Below, piece by piece: positions 41,237 to 50,150 of a stretch of 64,000 bases of DNA. Positions within the stretch are counted from its first letter, which is position 1. Each line of letters starts with the position of its first letter. Source of the DNA: Candidatus Daviesbacteria bacterium (GTDB lineage Bacteria; Patescibacteriota; Microgenomatia; Daviesbacterales; UBA10151). The DNA lies in NCBI GenBank assembly GCA_016176465.1, contig JACOXD010000010.1, positions 7,497 through 71,496 of the forward strand, in the 5' to 3' direction. A model generated the notes under the pieces. That model worked only from the letters and a program-made list of their open reading frames with translations. It did no database searches and was not told the DNA's origin. Made by a program: the position numbers and the translations under genes.

Positions 41237-41260
41237 AAAAAAATCCTTTCTCTTTTAGTT

Positions 41261-41356
41261 TTACCTAAAAGCGCCTCCCAACATAAGGGTAATAATAATT
41301 ACCCCAAGAGAGACTAAAATTTCTTCATTTAAATTTATTGTTACTATCTTTATCAT
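41261..41356 (-). CDS. Ile/Leu/Val leader peptide MIKIVTINLNEEILVSLGVIIITLMLGGAFR
   Basis: BCAA-rich with a VIII run; start ambiguous (an out-of-frame ATG at 41328 gives MKKF*). Confidence 0.7.
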   Translation of the reverse strand: MIKIVTINLNEEILVSLGVIIITLMLGGAFR

Positions 41357-41429
41357 ATTTTTGTCTTAATTTAGACTTTTATGAAGTGTTTAATCAGGGG
41401 TGCGAACAGAGCACCCCCATTAAAAACTC

Positions 41430-41717
41430 TTAGCGATTCCCTGATATTCTCTGACGATCTCTAAATGTTCCAAATTTTGTATCCACATATTCTGCATAGA
41501 ATGGATGTCGTCCCTCCGCTATTTCTGGTACTGGCCTTAAACCATTGAAGGAAATACTGCCTGTTGGATTCATAGGTATTGTAGATTTTACTCTAGAACC
41601 CTCAGGTTGATAAAGTACATCTCGTGTTCCAAATACTGCTGTATCCTTACTTACCCTAATAGGTGAAATTCCTTCTCCAACCTGGACTTTGACAGTTTCT
41701 TTATTTCTTCCTTCCAT
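41430..41717 (-). CDS. Hypothetical 95-aa protein under Leu/Val attenuation
   Basis: Strong SD AAAGGAGGTG; no recognised motif. Confidence 0.6.
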   Translation of the reverse strand: MEGRNKETVKVQVGEGISPIRVSKDTAVFGTRDVLYQPEGSRVKSTIPMNPTGSISFNGLRPVPEIAEGRHPFYAEYVDTKFGTFRDRQRISGNR

Positions 41718-41780
41718 TTTTTAACACCTCCTTTCTAATTTTTAGACTAAGCAAAGCTTTCCTTTTGCTTCTCAAAACGT

Positions 41781-41804
41781 AAAAAACCTCCCCGTAGGGA
41801 GGCT
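41781..41804 (-). terminator. Attenuator terminator
   Basis: Minus strand gcctccc-tacg-gggagg-tttttt. Confidence 0.85.
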
Positions 41805-41831
41805 AAATTCTTTCTTTAGGTTTATTTAAAT

Positions 41832-41942
41832 TTACCTAAAAAGACCTCCCAAGATAAATCCTCCAACAAGGAGGACCTCAAGTAGGAGGCCAAGAACTAA
41901 AACTAACTGTGTTTTTGAATCAATTGCTAAAACTTTACTCAT
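41832..41942 (-). CDS. Leu/Val leader peptide MSKVLAIDSKTQLVLVLGLLLEVLLVGGFILGGLFR
   Basis: Leu/Val run; promoter TTGACA(41984-41979)-17-TAAAAT; ends LGG.FR* like the ilvB leader. Confidence 0.8.
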   Translation of the reverse strand: MSKVLAIDSKTQLVLVLGLLLEVLLVGGFILGGLFR

Positions 41943-42013
41943 AACTATTCTAAATATTTTAATATTTATGCCTGCTATTGTCAAGCTAGGCATAAAACTG
42001 GTACTATTCCTTC

Positions 42014-43370
42014 ATGGAAAGAACACTAGTTTTATTGTGGCTGGGTGCAAACAAGGCGTGATCATGGCAAGATTGCCTTTTTAGATATTAGGGATAGATC
42101 TGGGATTATTCAGGCTGTGGCAACTGGTGAGAAGTTAGGAAATTTAGGGACTGAGGATGTAGTGGAGGTAGAAGGAAAAGTAGTTGAGCGAGGGGAAAAA
42201 AATATTAACGATAAAATCCCAACAGGCAAAATTGAGTTACAAGTTGAAAAACTAACTATTATCTCTAAAGCAACTGAGTTGCCGCTACCAATAGATAGCG
42301 ATGGCCATGATATTTCTGAAGAGACTCGTTTAAAATATCGCTATTTGGATTTACGGCGCCCGAGAATGACTAAAAATTTAAGGATTCGCTCCAAAGTGGT
42401 TAACTTTATTAGAAACTATTTATTTAATGAGGATTTTGTAGAGATTGAAACCCCAATTTTAACTAAAACCACCCCTGAGGGGGCAAGAGATTTTATTGTT
42501 CCATCCAGGTTACAAAAAGGAAAATTTTACGCACTTCCTCAATCTCCTCAACAATATAAACAGCTCTTAATGGTTTCTGGTTTTGAGAGGTATTTCCAGA
42601 TAGCCAGATGTTTTAGGGATGAAGATCCAAGAAAAGATCGAGCTTATGGTGAGTTTACTCAACTTGATTTAGAGATGTCTTTTGTTACTCAGGAAGATAT
42701 TTTAGAGCTTACTGAAAAAATGTTTACCCAGCTAGTCTCTGAATTATTTCCTGAAAAGCATATTACAAAATCTCCCTGGCCTAGACTTTCTCATAAGGAA
42801 GTAATTGAAAAATATGGAACTGATAAGCCTGACTTAAGAGTTAACAAAAATGACCCAAATGAACTAGCTTTTTCTTGGACAATTGATTTCCCACTATTTA
42901 GCGAACAATCTGAAGAGGATTTTTATCATGGCTCAGGAAGTGCAAAATATGCTCCTTCCCATCATATGTTTACATCTCCTCATCCAGATGATCTTGCCCT
43001 TTTGGATACTGAGCCTTCCAAAGTAAGGGGTTTGCAGCATGATTTAGTGTTAAATGGATTTGAAGTTGGGGGAGGAAGTATTAGAATTCACCAAAGCGAA
43101 ATCCAGGAAAAGATTTTTGGTTTGATTGGATTTTCAAAAGAGCAAAAGAAACAATTTAGCCATATGCTAACTTCTTTTGAATATGGTGTCCCGCCTCACG
43201 GTGGGATTGCTCCTGGAATTGATAGATTTTTAATGGCATTACTTGGGGAACCAAGCGTAAGGGAGGTAATCGCTTTTCCAGCAACTTCTTCAGGTCAAAT
43301 AGCTGTTATGGATGCTCCATCAAAGGTTGACCCGAAACAGTTAAAGGAACTAGGAATATCTCTTAAATAG
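42014..43370 (+). CDS. aspS: Aspartyl-tRNA synthetase (short form) with an apparent 5' frameshift/deletion
   Basis: RRDHG, RYLDLR, EGARDF, LPQSPQ, QIARCFRDED, PPHGG; MERTLV at 42014 is out of frame with the main ORF (GTG 42045). Confidence 0.9.
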
Positions 43371-43381
43371 TTCTATATAAT

Positions 43382-44371
43382 ATGCCCAAGAAGAAAAAGA
43401 ATCGTTTTCTACAAAGATACTGGGAAAAACTTTTCTATTTTAAATTAATTACTTTTTTATTATTTATTTTTTTCCTAACCAGCGGCGCGTTACTACTACT
43501 TCCTAATTATTTAAATCAAGCTCAAGGGGAAATTACTTCGCTTTCTTCCACTAAAGTTTTATCCTACAATATCGCCCCGGAAAAAAATGAGCCAACAAAG
43601 AAATTAGAAGATAAAATAATTGAAGGTGAGCTCTCGCCACCTATTTTAACAGCAGAGGCTGTATTGGCGCTAGATTTACTAACAGGTCAGACACTTTATC
43701 AAAAAAACATCCATAAACGCCTTCCTCCTGCCTCAACTACAAAATTAATGACTGCCTTGGTGGCAATTGAGCACTACAAAAATCCTGACATTTTAACAGT
43801 TTATCCTGAGGCAATAGTTGGTGGGGCTGATATGGGGTTAAACCCGGGTGAGGTCTTAAGTTTTAGGAGCTTACTTTACGGTATGCTTTTAAATTCAGGT
43901 AATGATGCCTCTTTTACTATTGCTTTAAATTATCCAGGAGGGTTACCGATGTTTGTCATGCATATGAATAAAAAGGCCAAAAGTTTAGAACTTATTAATA
44001 CTAACTTTGATAATCCAGCTGGGTTTGATTCCCCAAATCACTATTCATCTGCATATGATTTATCTTTAATTGCCAAGGAAGCTATTGCCAATCCGCAAAT
44101 TTCCCGAGTTGTTGCTACAAAAGAAACAACAGTTACTTCAACAGATAGTAGCAAGCTACACATTTTGAAAAATTTAAATGCCTTACTAAGTGAGGGATTC
44201 TTGGGTATAAAAACAGGCTATACTGAAAATGCAGGAGAGAATTTTGTGGGTCTTTTTGAAAAAGACACTCATCGGATTTTAACAGTTGTATTAAATAGCA
44301 AAGATCGGTTTGGGGAGACTAAAAAATTGACCAATTGGATTTTTCAAAATTTTACATTCATAAAAATTTAA
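43382..44371 (+). CDS. D-Ala-D-Ala carboxypeptidase (peptidase S11)
   Basis: ASTTK, SGN, KTG motifs. Confidence 0.93.
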   Translation: MPKKKKNRFLQRYWEKLFYFKLITFLLFIFFLTSGALLLLPNYLNQAQGEITSLSSTKVLSYNIAPEKNEPTKKLEDKIIEGELSPPILTAEAVLALDLLTGQTLYQKNIHKRLPPASTTKLMTALVAIEHYKNPDILTVYPEAIVGGADMGLNPGEVLSFRSLLYGMLLNSGNDASFTIALNYPGGLPMFVMHMNKKAKSLELINTNFDNPAGFDSPNHYSSAYDLSLIAKEAIANPQISRVVATKETTVTSTDSSKLHILKNLNALLSEGFLGIKTGYTENAGENFVGLFEKDTHRILTVVLNSKDRFGETKKLTNWIFQNFTFIKI

Positions 44372-45480
44372 CGGGCTAGCGAGTCTTTTCTAATAGCCCC
44401 CACATAGCCAACATAATTTTCCCCCTCAAATACATAAATGGGTTGAATATAGGGAAGATACTCAAAACTTACTAAATATGCTAAGTAAATTTTACGCAAA
44501 GAAACATTAGGAGTTTGTGGATCAATAACAACAACGCCTTCCCCTCCTTTTAGTTCTTCAAAAGCTTCCGTAACAGCTTTTACGGGATAAGTTCCAAAAC
44601 CACCTTCGTTTTCATCAATGGGCCAGAAAGTGAAGTCAAAGTTTAAATAAATATATTTTTCTTCGCTATATTTAGAAACACTTGCTTTAATTAAACCGGT
44701 ACTAAATTGGGGTGTTACAATAACGTATTGATCAAGGTCTTTTGGCCAAACTGTGACGATTGCTGATTCAGAGTCTGCAATATTTTGGCCACCATATATA
44801 ACCTCGCCTCTTCCAGTCCTTAAAGACTCATTAAGCAACCCCTTTTCATTTAAGAATCCCTTAAAATTTTCGATTATTTTTTCTCTTGTCGCTAGAGTTT
44901 CTAATCGGGGAATATCCAAAGTATTTGCCAAATTCCTAAAAAAACTAAAATTTCCATTTTCTAAGTTGATAGTTATTTCACTACCTAATTCATCATTGAA
45001 TTTATGCAACGTTGGATTGATTACCTCCGGGCCTAAAGGAAAACCTAAATTTTCTGCCAACTCTTTTGCAGCAGATGAGGAGCGTAAATTAACACTCAAG
45101 GGAGTTGAGAGATAAACCTTCATTAACTTAGGGATATTGGTGGGCAGGTTGCCTGTTTCAGTGTCAAGTGAATAAGAAAAGTTTGATGAGGAAACGCTAG
45201 ATTCTGGAAGAGCAGGTGGAGAAAGAGGGCCAAACTTATAATCAGGTAGAATTTCAACCGGTGGTAAATTAGGCAAGTAGATATTGTAATAGTAAAAACG
45301 ATAACTTAGCCAAATTGTTAGGGATACAACAATAAAGATGGATGAAAAAAGCAAAACTTTTTTGGTTATTTTGGCGGCCTCAGTTAAAGTCATATTTTCT
45401 TTGGACGAAATCGGACTTACTTTGACTGTTCTTGTTGTCTCTACTGCCGATTTGTCCAATCCAAACAAAGATTTATTCAA
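44368..45480 (-). CDS. Hypothetical membrane-anchored protein
   Basis: N-terminal TM; C-terminal YLAY...YIQPIYVF. Confidence 0.6.
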   Translation of the reverse strand: MNKSLFGLDKSAVETTRTVKVSPISSKENMTLTEAAKITKKVLLFSSIFIVVSLTIWLSYRFYYYNIYLPNLPPVEILPDYKFGPLSPPALPESSVSSSNFSYSLDTETGNLPTNIPKLMKVYLSTPLSVNLRSSSAAKELAENLGFPLGPEVINPTLHKFNDELGSEITINLENGNFSFFRNLANTLDIPRLETLATREKIIENFKGFLNEKGLLNESLRTGRGEVIYGGQNIADSESAIVTVWPKDLDQYVIVTPQFSTGLIKASVSKYSEEKYIYLNFDFTFWPIDENEGGFGTYPVKAVTEAFEELKGGEGVVVIDPQTPNVSLRKIYLAYLVSFEYLPYIQPIYVFEGENYVGYVGAIRKDSLAR

Positions 45481-45533
45481 ATAGAGACTAATTTAAATTA
45501 TACAGTAACAGATCTGGCTGCTATAATAACCTC

Positions 45534-47009
45534 ATGAAAAATGTTCGGGTTCGTATAGCTCCCTCACCAACTGGTTACCCTCATATTGGCACAATTTATC
45601 AAGCAATGTTTGATTTTGTTTTTGCTAAAAAATATGGTGGTAAATTTATTGTCAGGATTGAGGATACAGATAGAAATAGGTTTGTAGAAAAAGCAGAAGA
45701 AATAATTTTTAACTCCCTTGATTGGTTTGGACTTAAATCGGATGAAAACCCCAAAATAGGTGGACCTTATGCTCCCTATCGGCAATCAGAAAGGTTAGAC
45801 ATTTATAAAAAATATGCCTTTGAATTAGTAGAAAAAGGGCATGCCTACTATTGTTTTTGCACTAAAGAAAGATTAGAAAAAATGCGAGGAGATCAGGAGA
45901 CAAAAAAATTACCTCCCATGTATGATAAAACATGCTTGAATTTAAACAAAGACCAAGTGGAGGAAAATTTAAAAAATAATATACCTTATGTTATTAGGAT
46001 GAAGGTTCCGGAAAATAGGAAGGTAGTAGTTTTAGATACTTTAGCTGGGGAGATAGGGTTTAACAGTAGTCAAATTGATCATCAAGTAATTTTAAAATCA
46101 GATGGTTTTCCTACCTATCATTTAGCGGTTGTTGTTGATGATTATTTAATGAAGGTAACCCATGTATTTAGGGGTAAAGAATGGCTTCCATCAACACCTA
46201 AACATATATTACTTTATGAGTTTTTAGGTTGGGAAGACTCAATTCCCACCTTTATTCACTTGCCTGTCATTTTAAATGCAGATGGTAAAGGCAAGCTCTC
46301 AAAAAGGCTTAAGACTGCATCTGTTGATTACTATAAAAATATGGGATTTTTGCCCGAAGCAATTTTAAATTATTTAGCAAATATAGTTTGGAATCACCCA
46401 GAAGGTAAGGAAATTTATCCTTTAATGGATTTAGGTTTAGCTTTCCACGAGGATCCTTTTAGAGTAGATGTTACATCATCTGGTCCAAGGTTTGATTTAA
46501 CTAAATTGGAGTGGATGAATGGGGAGTATTTAAGAAAGATGGATGATGAAAGTTTAAGTAAAAGGTTAATGGAATTTTTAGGAAGTAAATATGAAGGGGA
46601 AGTTGTAAAAAAGTTAGTACCGTTAACTAAAGAAAGAATTAAAAAATTCGCAGATTTCATTCCTTTAACTTCTTTTATTTTTGAGGAGCCAAAATATGAT
46701 ATGGAAGTGTTAAACAAAGTAAAAATAGAAAGCCCCAAAGAGATTTTGGAGGAAGTTATTAAGACTTTAGATAGTTTGGGAAAGCCCTGGAAGGTAGATG
46801 CTTTTGAAAAGACTTTTAGGCAGTTAGCTGAAAAACTTGAAATTAAAGTTGGGGATTTTTTTCAACTTTTTAGGTTTGCTATATCTGGTAAATTAGTTAC
46901 TCCTCCACTTTTTGAGTCCATTCAAATATTAGGTGAAAAAGAAACTATTGATAGGATTAAAAAACTTGTAGTAATATCTAATAGGATTGGAGGTGAAACA
47001 AATGGCTAA
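45534..47009 (+). CDS. gltX: Glutamyl-tRNA synthetase
   Basis: RIAPSPTG..HIG, RIEDTD, PTYH, KLSKR. Confidence 0.96.
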   Translation: MKNVRVRIAPSPTGYPHIGTIYQAMFDFVFAKKYGGKFIVRIEDTDRNRFVEKAEEIIFNSLDWFGLKSDENPKIGGPYAPYRQSERLDIYKKYAFELVEKGHAYYCFCTKERLEKMRGDQETKKLPPMYDKTCLNLNKDQVEENLKNNIPYVIRMKVPENRKVVVLDTLAGEIGFNSSQIDHQVILKSDGFPTYHLAVVVDDYLMKVTHVFRGKEWLPSTPKHILLYEFLGWEDSIPTFIHLPVILNADGKGKLSKRLKTASVDYYKNMGFLPEAILNYLANIVWNHPEGKEIYPLMDLGLAFHEDPFRVDVTSSGPRFDLTKLEWMNGEYLRKMDDESLSKRLMEFLGSKYEGEVVKKLVPLTKERIKKFADFIPLTSFIFEEPKYDMEVLNKVKIESPKEILEEVIKTLDSLGKPWKVDAFEKTFRQLAEKLEIKVGDFFQLFRFAISGKLVTPPLFESIQILGEKETIDRIKKLVVISNRIGGETNG

Positions 47010-47244
47010 AAGAAATTTTGGAAGAATTGCTGCTATTGGTGCAGCAGGAATTGTTTTAGCAGGAGCAGCATCTGCAGCAGCAGCTGTTTTAGCAAATAAA
47101 AAATTAAGAGATGCGTTTGGTAAAAAAACAACTGAGGCTTTAAAAACAGTTTCTGATTTGGCAAACAATATCCAAGTCAGTGTGGGTGGAGAAGAAAAAA
47201 AGAGTCCCAAGAAAAAGGCATCCAGAAAAAAAGTTAAGAAGTAG
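47002..47244 (+). CDS. Small basic membrane-anchored protein
   Basis: SD GGAGGTG; Ala/Gly helix and Lys-rich tail. Confidence 0.6.
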   Translation: MAKRNFGRIAAIGAAGIVLAGAASAAAAVLANKKLRDAFGKKTTEALKTVSDLANNIQVSVGGEEKKSPKKKASRKKVKK

Positions 47245-47249
47245 CTTTT

Positions 47250-47597
47250 TTATGAAATAGGCTCTTTGTGCGAAGTAAGGTTATTTATTTTTGCTGCCAG
47301 AATAAAATCATTTTCATGGAGTCCTTTAATAAAGTGAGTGGTTAAGGTAATGGTTACTTTATTGTAGGCAATAAAAATGTTTGGGTGATGTTCCTCTTCC
47401 TCCGCTAAATTAGCTACCTTATTTACAAATTCCATTGCCTCTTTAAAATCTTTAAACTCAAATTTCTTTTTAATTTTTAAATTTTCTTCTGTTTCCCAAT
47501 CTTTTACTTTTTGTAGCATCTCCATTACTTTTTCAGGCGCCATTGGCGGAACCCAACTTTCACAAGGAACACATTTTTTAGAAGTTAGATCGTCCAT
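47250..47597 (-). CDS. Pterin-4-alpha-carbinolamine dehydratase family protein
   Basis: CVPCE, F..F..A..FVN.VA..AE...HHP, TH...GL..NDFILAAKI. Confidence 0.92.
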   Translation of the reverse strand: MDDLTSKKCVPCESWVPPMAPEKVMEMLQKVKDWETEENLKIKKKFEFKDFKEAMEFVNKVANLAEEEEHHPNIFIAYNKVTITLTTHFIKGLHENDFILAAKINNLTSHKEPIS

Positions 47598-47648
47598 GGT
47601 ATTAGTTTATTAATATTCTTTAAAATGTTTACTAAAATGATTATGACA

Positions 47649-47684
47649 TGACGAAAATTTCTGCATTAGCAAAAAAATTAGTCA
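47649..47684. repeat. 36-bp imperfect palindrome (copy 1)
   Basis: tgacgaaaatttctgcattagcaaaaaaattagtca; 28/36 identical to the copy at 48284; contains the stop codon of the adjacent gene. Confidence 0.7.
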
Positions 47685-48236
47685 AATACCAAAATACCTT
47701 TTATAAACAGATTCTGCCTCCAGTTCTTTTATAGTTAATAATGTTACATTATTACCCAGGTTGTAAAATTTCTTTAATAACTCTATTTCCTCTTTGCAAG
47801 GGTAAGGAATTAACCATAAACTTTTTTGCAAATTATAAAACTGCATCTTTTTAAGAAGCGACCTAAAAGCTTCTGCTTGGCTTTTCTTCCCCTTAGGAAT
47901 ATCATAAGCCACTAATCTCCATTTCCCATCCCATTTTCTTTTCTCTATTTTAGGGTTATTTAAATTTAGCTTGAATAGTTTATTGCTCCCCGTACTGGTT
48001 AGTTTATAGACAATATCTCCATCCTGGTCGATTTTTTCTACTATTCCGGATTTTTGTAACCTATTTAGCTCAAATTTGAGTCTTCGCTTATCAAAATGAC
48101 CCCAAGTTTTATATTGTTTTCTGAGCAAAGGGGACAAAACAACTGGAAGTCCAGGCATTAACAAACTGAGAGCTACAAATCCCGTAATCCCAAGCAAAGT
48201 TAAAACTTCTTTGGTATAAGGATAAGATTTAATCAT
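47682..48236 (-). CDS. PaaX-like wHTH plus Cas2-like domain protein
   Basis: YKLT..G wing; WDGKWRLVAYDIP...FR..L....F..LQKS.W. Confidence 0.8.
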   Translation of the reverse strand: MIKSYPYTKEVLTLLGITGFVALSLLMPGLPVVLSPLLRKQYKTWGHFDKRRLKFELNRLQKSGIVEKIDQDGDIVYKLTSTGSNKLFKLNLNNPKIEKRKWDGKWRLVAYDIPKGKKSQAEAFRSLLKKMQFYNLQKSLWLIPYPCKEEIELLKKFYNLGNNVTLLTIKELEAESVYKRYFGI

Positions 48237-48283
48237 TAGTTTAAATATAACTTTATTTTCAAAGTATTAAATAACGTATCAAA

Positions 48284-48319
48284 TGACGAAAATTTATGCA
48301 ATAGCAGATTTTTTCGTCA
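48284..48319. repeat. 36-bp imperfect palindrome (copy 2)
   Basis: tgacgaaaa-tttatgcaatagcagatt-ttttcgtca. Confidence 0.75.
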
Positions 48320-48376
48320 CTCTTAGCTAGTAATCAGGTACCTTCTTTGATAAAATTTACATAGCTAAATTAACAT

Positions 48377-48447
48377 TGCGGGATCGTCTAACGGCAGGAC
48401 AACGGACTCTGAATCCGTTTATCTAGGTTCAAATCCTAGTCCCGCAG
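48377..48447 (+). tRNA. tRNA-Gln (CTG), CCA not encoded
   Basis: Acceptor tgcggga/tcccgca; anticodon arm acgga-ctCTGaa-tccgt; T-arm ctagg-ttcaaat-cctag. Confidence 0.95.
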
Positions 48448-48496
48448 CACGAAGAGTTAGCGGGGTGCTAAGGGTCCAAGGTTAGCCTAGCAGTCT

Positions 48497-48508
48497 TAGT
48501 CCCGCAGC
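48497..48508 (+). repeat. tRNA 3'-end duplication (att-like) 1
   Basis: tagtcccgcagc, 60 bp after the tRNA copy. Confidence 0.7.
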
Positions 48509-48535
48509 TTTTTGAGGTATGCCCAGTGTCCTATG

Positions 48536-48985
48536 TTAGAACTTTCTTGGTATACTTTCTTCAGTGAATACATCTCCAATTGTCTCTTTTGCTTTATGGA
48601 CTTGCCCAAGGAGTTTTCCTAAAGCAAAGCATTGATCATTATTTAGTTCGCTTTTAGAGGCATTTGATCCAGAGATAAAATTAAATAAAGCTGCAGGATA
48701 CTTATCTAAATAAAAAATTAATTCTCCCTTTTTATTTTTGATAGGATGGGTAATATTTTTTATTCCACAATTATTAAAAAGCCTATATGTTAAATCAAAA
48801 CGCAATTTGTATTCTTCTAACATAATATGAATCTTAAAAAAGAATGTCTCTTTTTCAGTTTCTACTTTATAACCCCAAGACGCCTCACCTCCAATTACAT
48901 GGGTGAGGTTAGTTATGTTTATTCCATAACTTTCTTCAATCTTTGCTTTAATTACCTTTTTATCAATATTGGGTTCAGTTAACAT
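48536..48985 (-). pseudogene. N-terminal fragment of an aminoglycoside-phosphotransferase/kinase-like protein
   Basis: GG.A...Y.V, FFFK, P....G, LG.LL..VH; ends before the HxD catalytic motif. Confidence 0.6.
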
Positions 48986-49028
48986 AATATAAGGAATAAC
49001 AGACGCTTCAATCCATTATAATATTCTT

Positions 49029-49307
49029 GTGTCTTACTCTGTCTATATTTTAAGAACTTCATCGAACACTTTATATATTGGGCAAACCAATAATTTAGAA
49101 AAAAGAATTAAAGAGCATAAAAATAAAAAAGGTAAGGGAGCAAAATATATTAGGTCTTTTTCCTCATTTGAATTAGTTTACTTTGAAAAACTCAAAACTA
49201 GATCTGAAGCAATGAAGAGAGAATGGCAACTAAAGGGATGGACAAAAGCCATGAAAGAGACTTTAATCAACTTGGGAAGCAAGTATTTATCCAAGTCCCG
49301 CAGCTAA
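49029..49307 (+). CDS. Small GIY-YIG nuclease (UPF0213-like)
   Basis: YSVYIL, LYIGQT.NL..R..EH...KGAKY, A.KRE..LK. Confidence 0.92.
   Translation: MSYSVYILRTSSNTLYIGQTNNLEKRIKEHKNKKGKGAKYIRSFSSFELVYFEKLKTRSEAMKREWQLKGWTKAMKETLINLGSKYLSKSRS
49277..49305 (+). repeat. att-like repeat 2 (left boundary of the copper island)
   Basis: aagcaagtatttatccaagtcccgcagct; 28/29 identical to 63611-63639. Confidence 0.85.
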
Positions 49308-49350
49308 GTAAGATCAGGAAATATTGACACTTTAACTTATTGGTATTAGT

Positions 49351-49371
49351 ATATCCCTACTAGGGGGATAT
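49351..49371. promoter_or_regulatory. CsoR-type operator
   Basis: atatccc-tactagg-gggatat C/G-tract palindrome downstream of TTGACA (49324). Confidence 0.7.
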
Positions 49372-49390
49372 CCTCCAAAGGCGGACAAGT

Positions 49391-49663
49391 ATGGCATATA
49401 GACCAAAAGATACTCAAGAAAGAATTGTTCATAGGTTAAAAATAGCTAAAGGTCATTTAGAAAAGGTTATCAAGATGGTTGAGGATGACTGCTACTGCAT
49501 TGATGTTCTCCACCAATCTCAAGCTGTTCAAAAAGCATTAAGAGAAACAGATAACCTCATGCTAGAAAATCATCTTAAAACTTGCGCTATGGATGCCATA
49601 GGTAAAGGTAGAAAAGAAGAAGCAGTTGCTGAAGTGATCCAGGTATTTAAGAAAATGTCTTAA
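49391..49663 (+). CDS. csoR: CsoR/RcnR family metal-sensing repressor
   Basis: RL....GHL..V..M.E...YC.DVL.Q..AV..AL, LENHL..C. Confidence 0.9.
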   Translation: MAYRPKDTQERIVHRLKIAKGHLEKVIKMVEDDCYCIDVLHQSQAVQKALRETDNLMLENHLKTCAMDAIGKGRKEEAVAEVIQVFKKMS

Positions 49664-49786
49664 AGAAAGGAGCAGATATGTGCCCTAATTGCGGTTAAGT
49701 AAACTATGACACCAGATAAGAACCTGCTTCGCAGAACCTTGCCTTTTTGACTAGCGTCAAAAACGTAAAATTTTAGTTTTAAAATT

Positions 49787-50149
49787 ATGGAATTAGATAA
49801 GATTTTTGTAGCACTATTTAGTTTAGGAGGTATTCTATTTACTTATTGGTTTTTCTTAATGAGAAATGAAAAGGAGGTAGCTGTTACCTCTGATTCTATA
49901 GATATTACAGTTGAAGGTGGTTACCAACCAGAGGTTATATCTATTCCCAAAGGAAAAACTACCAAGCTTAATTTTCTCAGAAAAGATCCTTCCAGTTGCT
50001 TAGAAGAAGTAGTTTTAGGAGATTTTAAAGTTAGAAAAACACTACCTCTAAATCAAACTGTAACCATTCCGATTACTCCTCAAAAAGAGGGTGAATATGT
50101 TTTTAGCTGTGGAATGAACATGTTCCATGGAAAGATAAAGGTTGTCTAA
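49787..50149 (+). CDS. Membrane-anchored cupredoxin-domain protein (CupA-like)
   Basis: GGY.P, SSC.EEV, FSCGMNMFHG. Confidence 0.88.
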   Translation: MELDKIFVALFSLGGILFTYWFFLMRNEKEVAVTSDSIDITVEGGYQPEVISIPKGKTTKLNFLRKDPSSCLEEVVLGDFKVRKTLPLNQTVTIPITPQKEGEYVFSCGMNMFHGKIKVV

Positions 50150-50150
50150 T

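Noticed and set aside
22618-41942. T-box or metabolite riboswitches upstream of the amino-acid operons
   Set aside because: No T-box consensus seen; leader peptides explain the structures.
47682-48319. CRISPR-Cas locus suggested by the Cas2-like domain and 36-bp repeats
   Set aside because: Only two divergent copies ~600 bp apart, with no spacers and no other cas genes.
48536-48985. Functional aminoglycoside resistance gene
   Set aside because: Truncated before the catalytic motifs.
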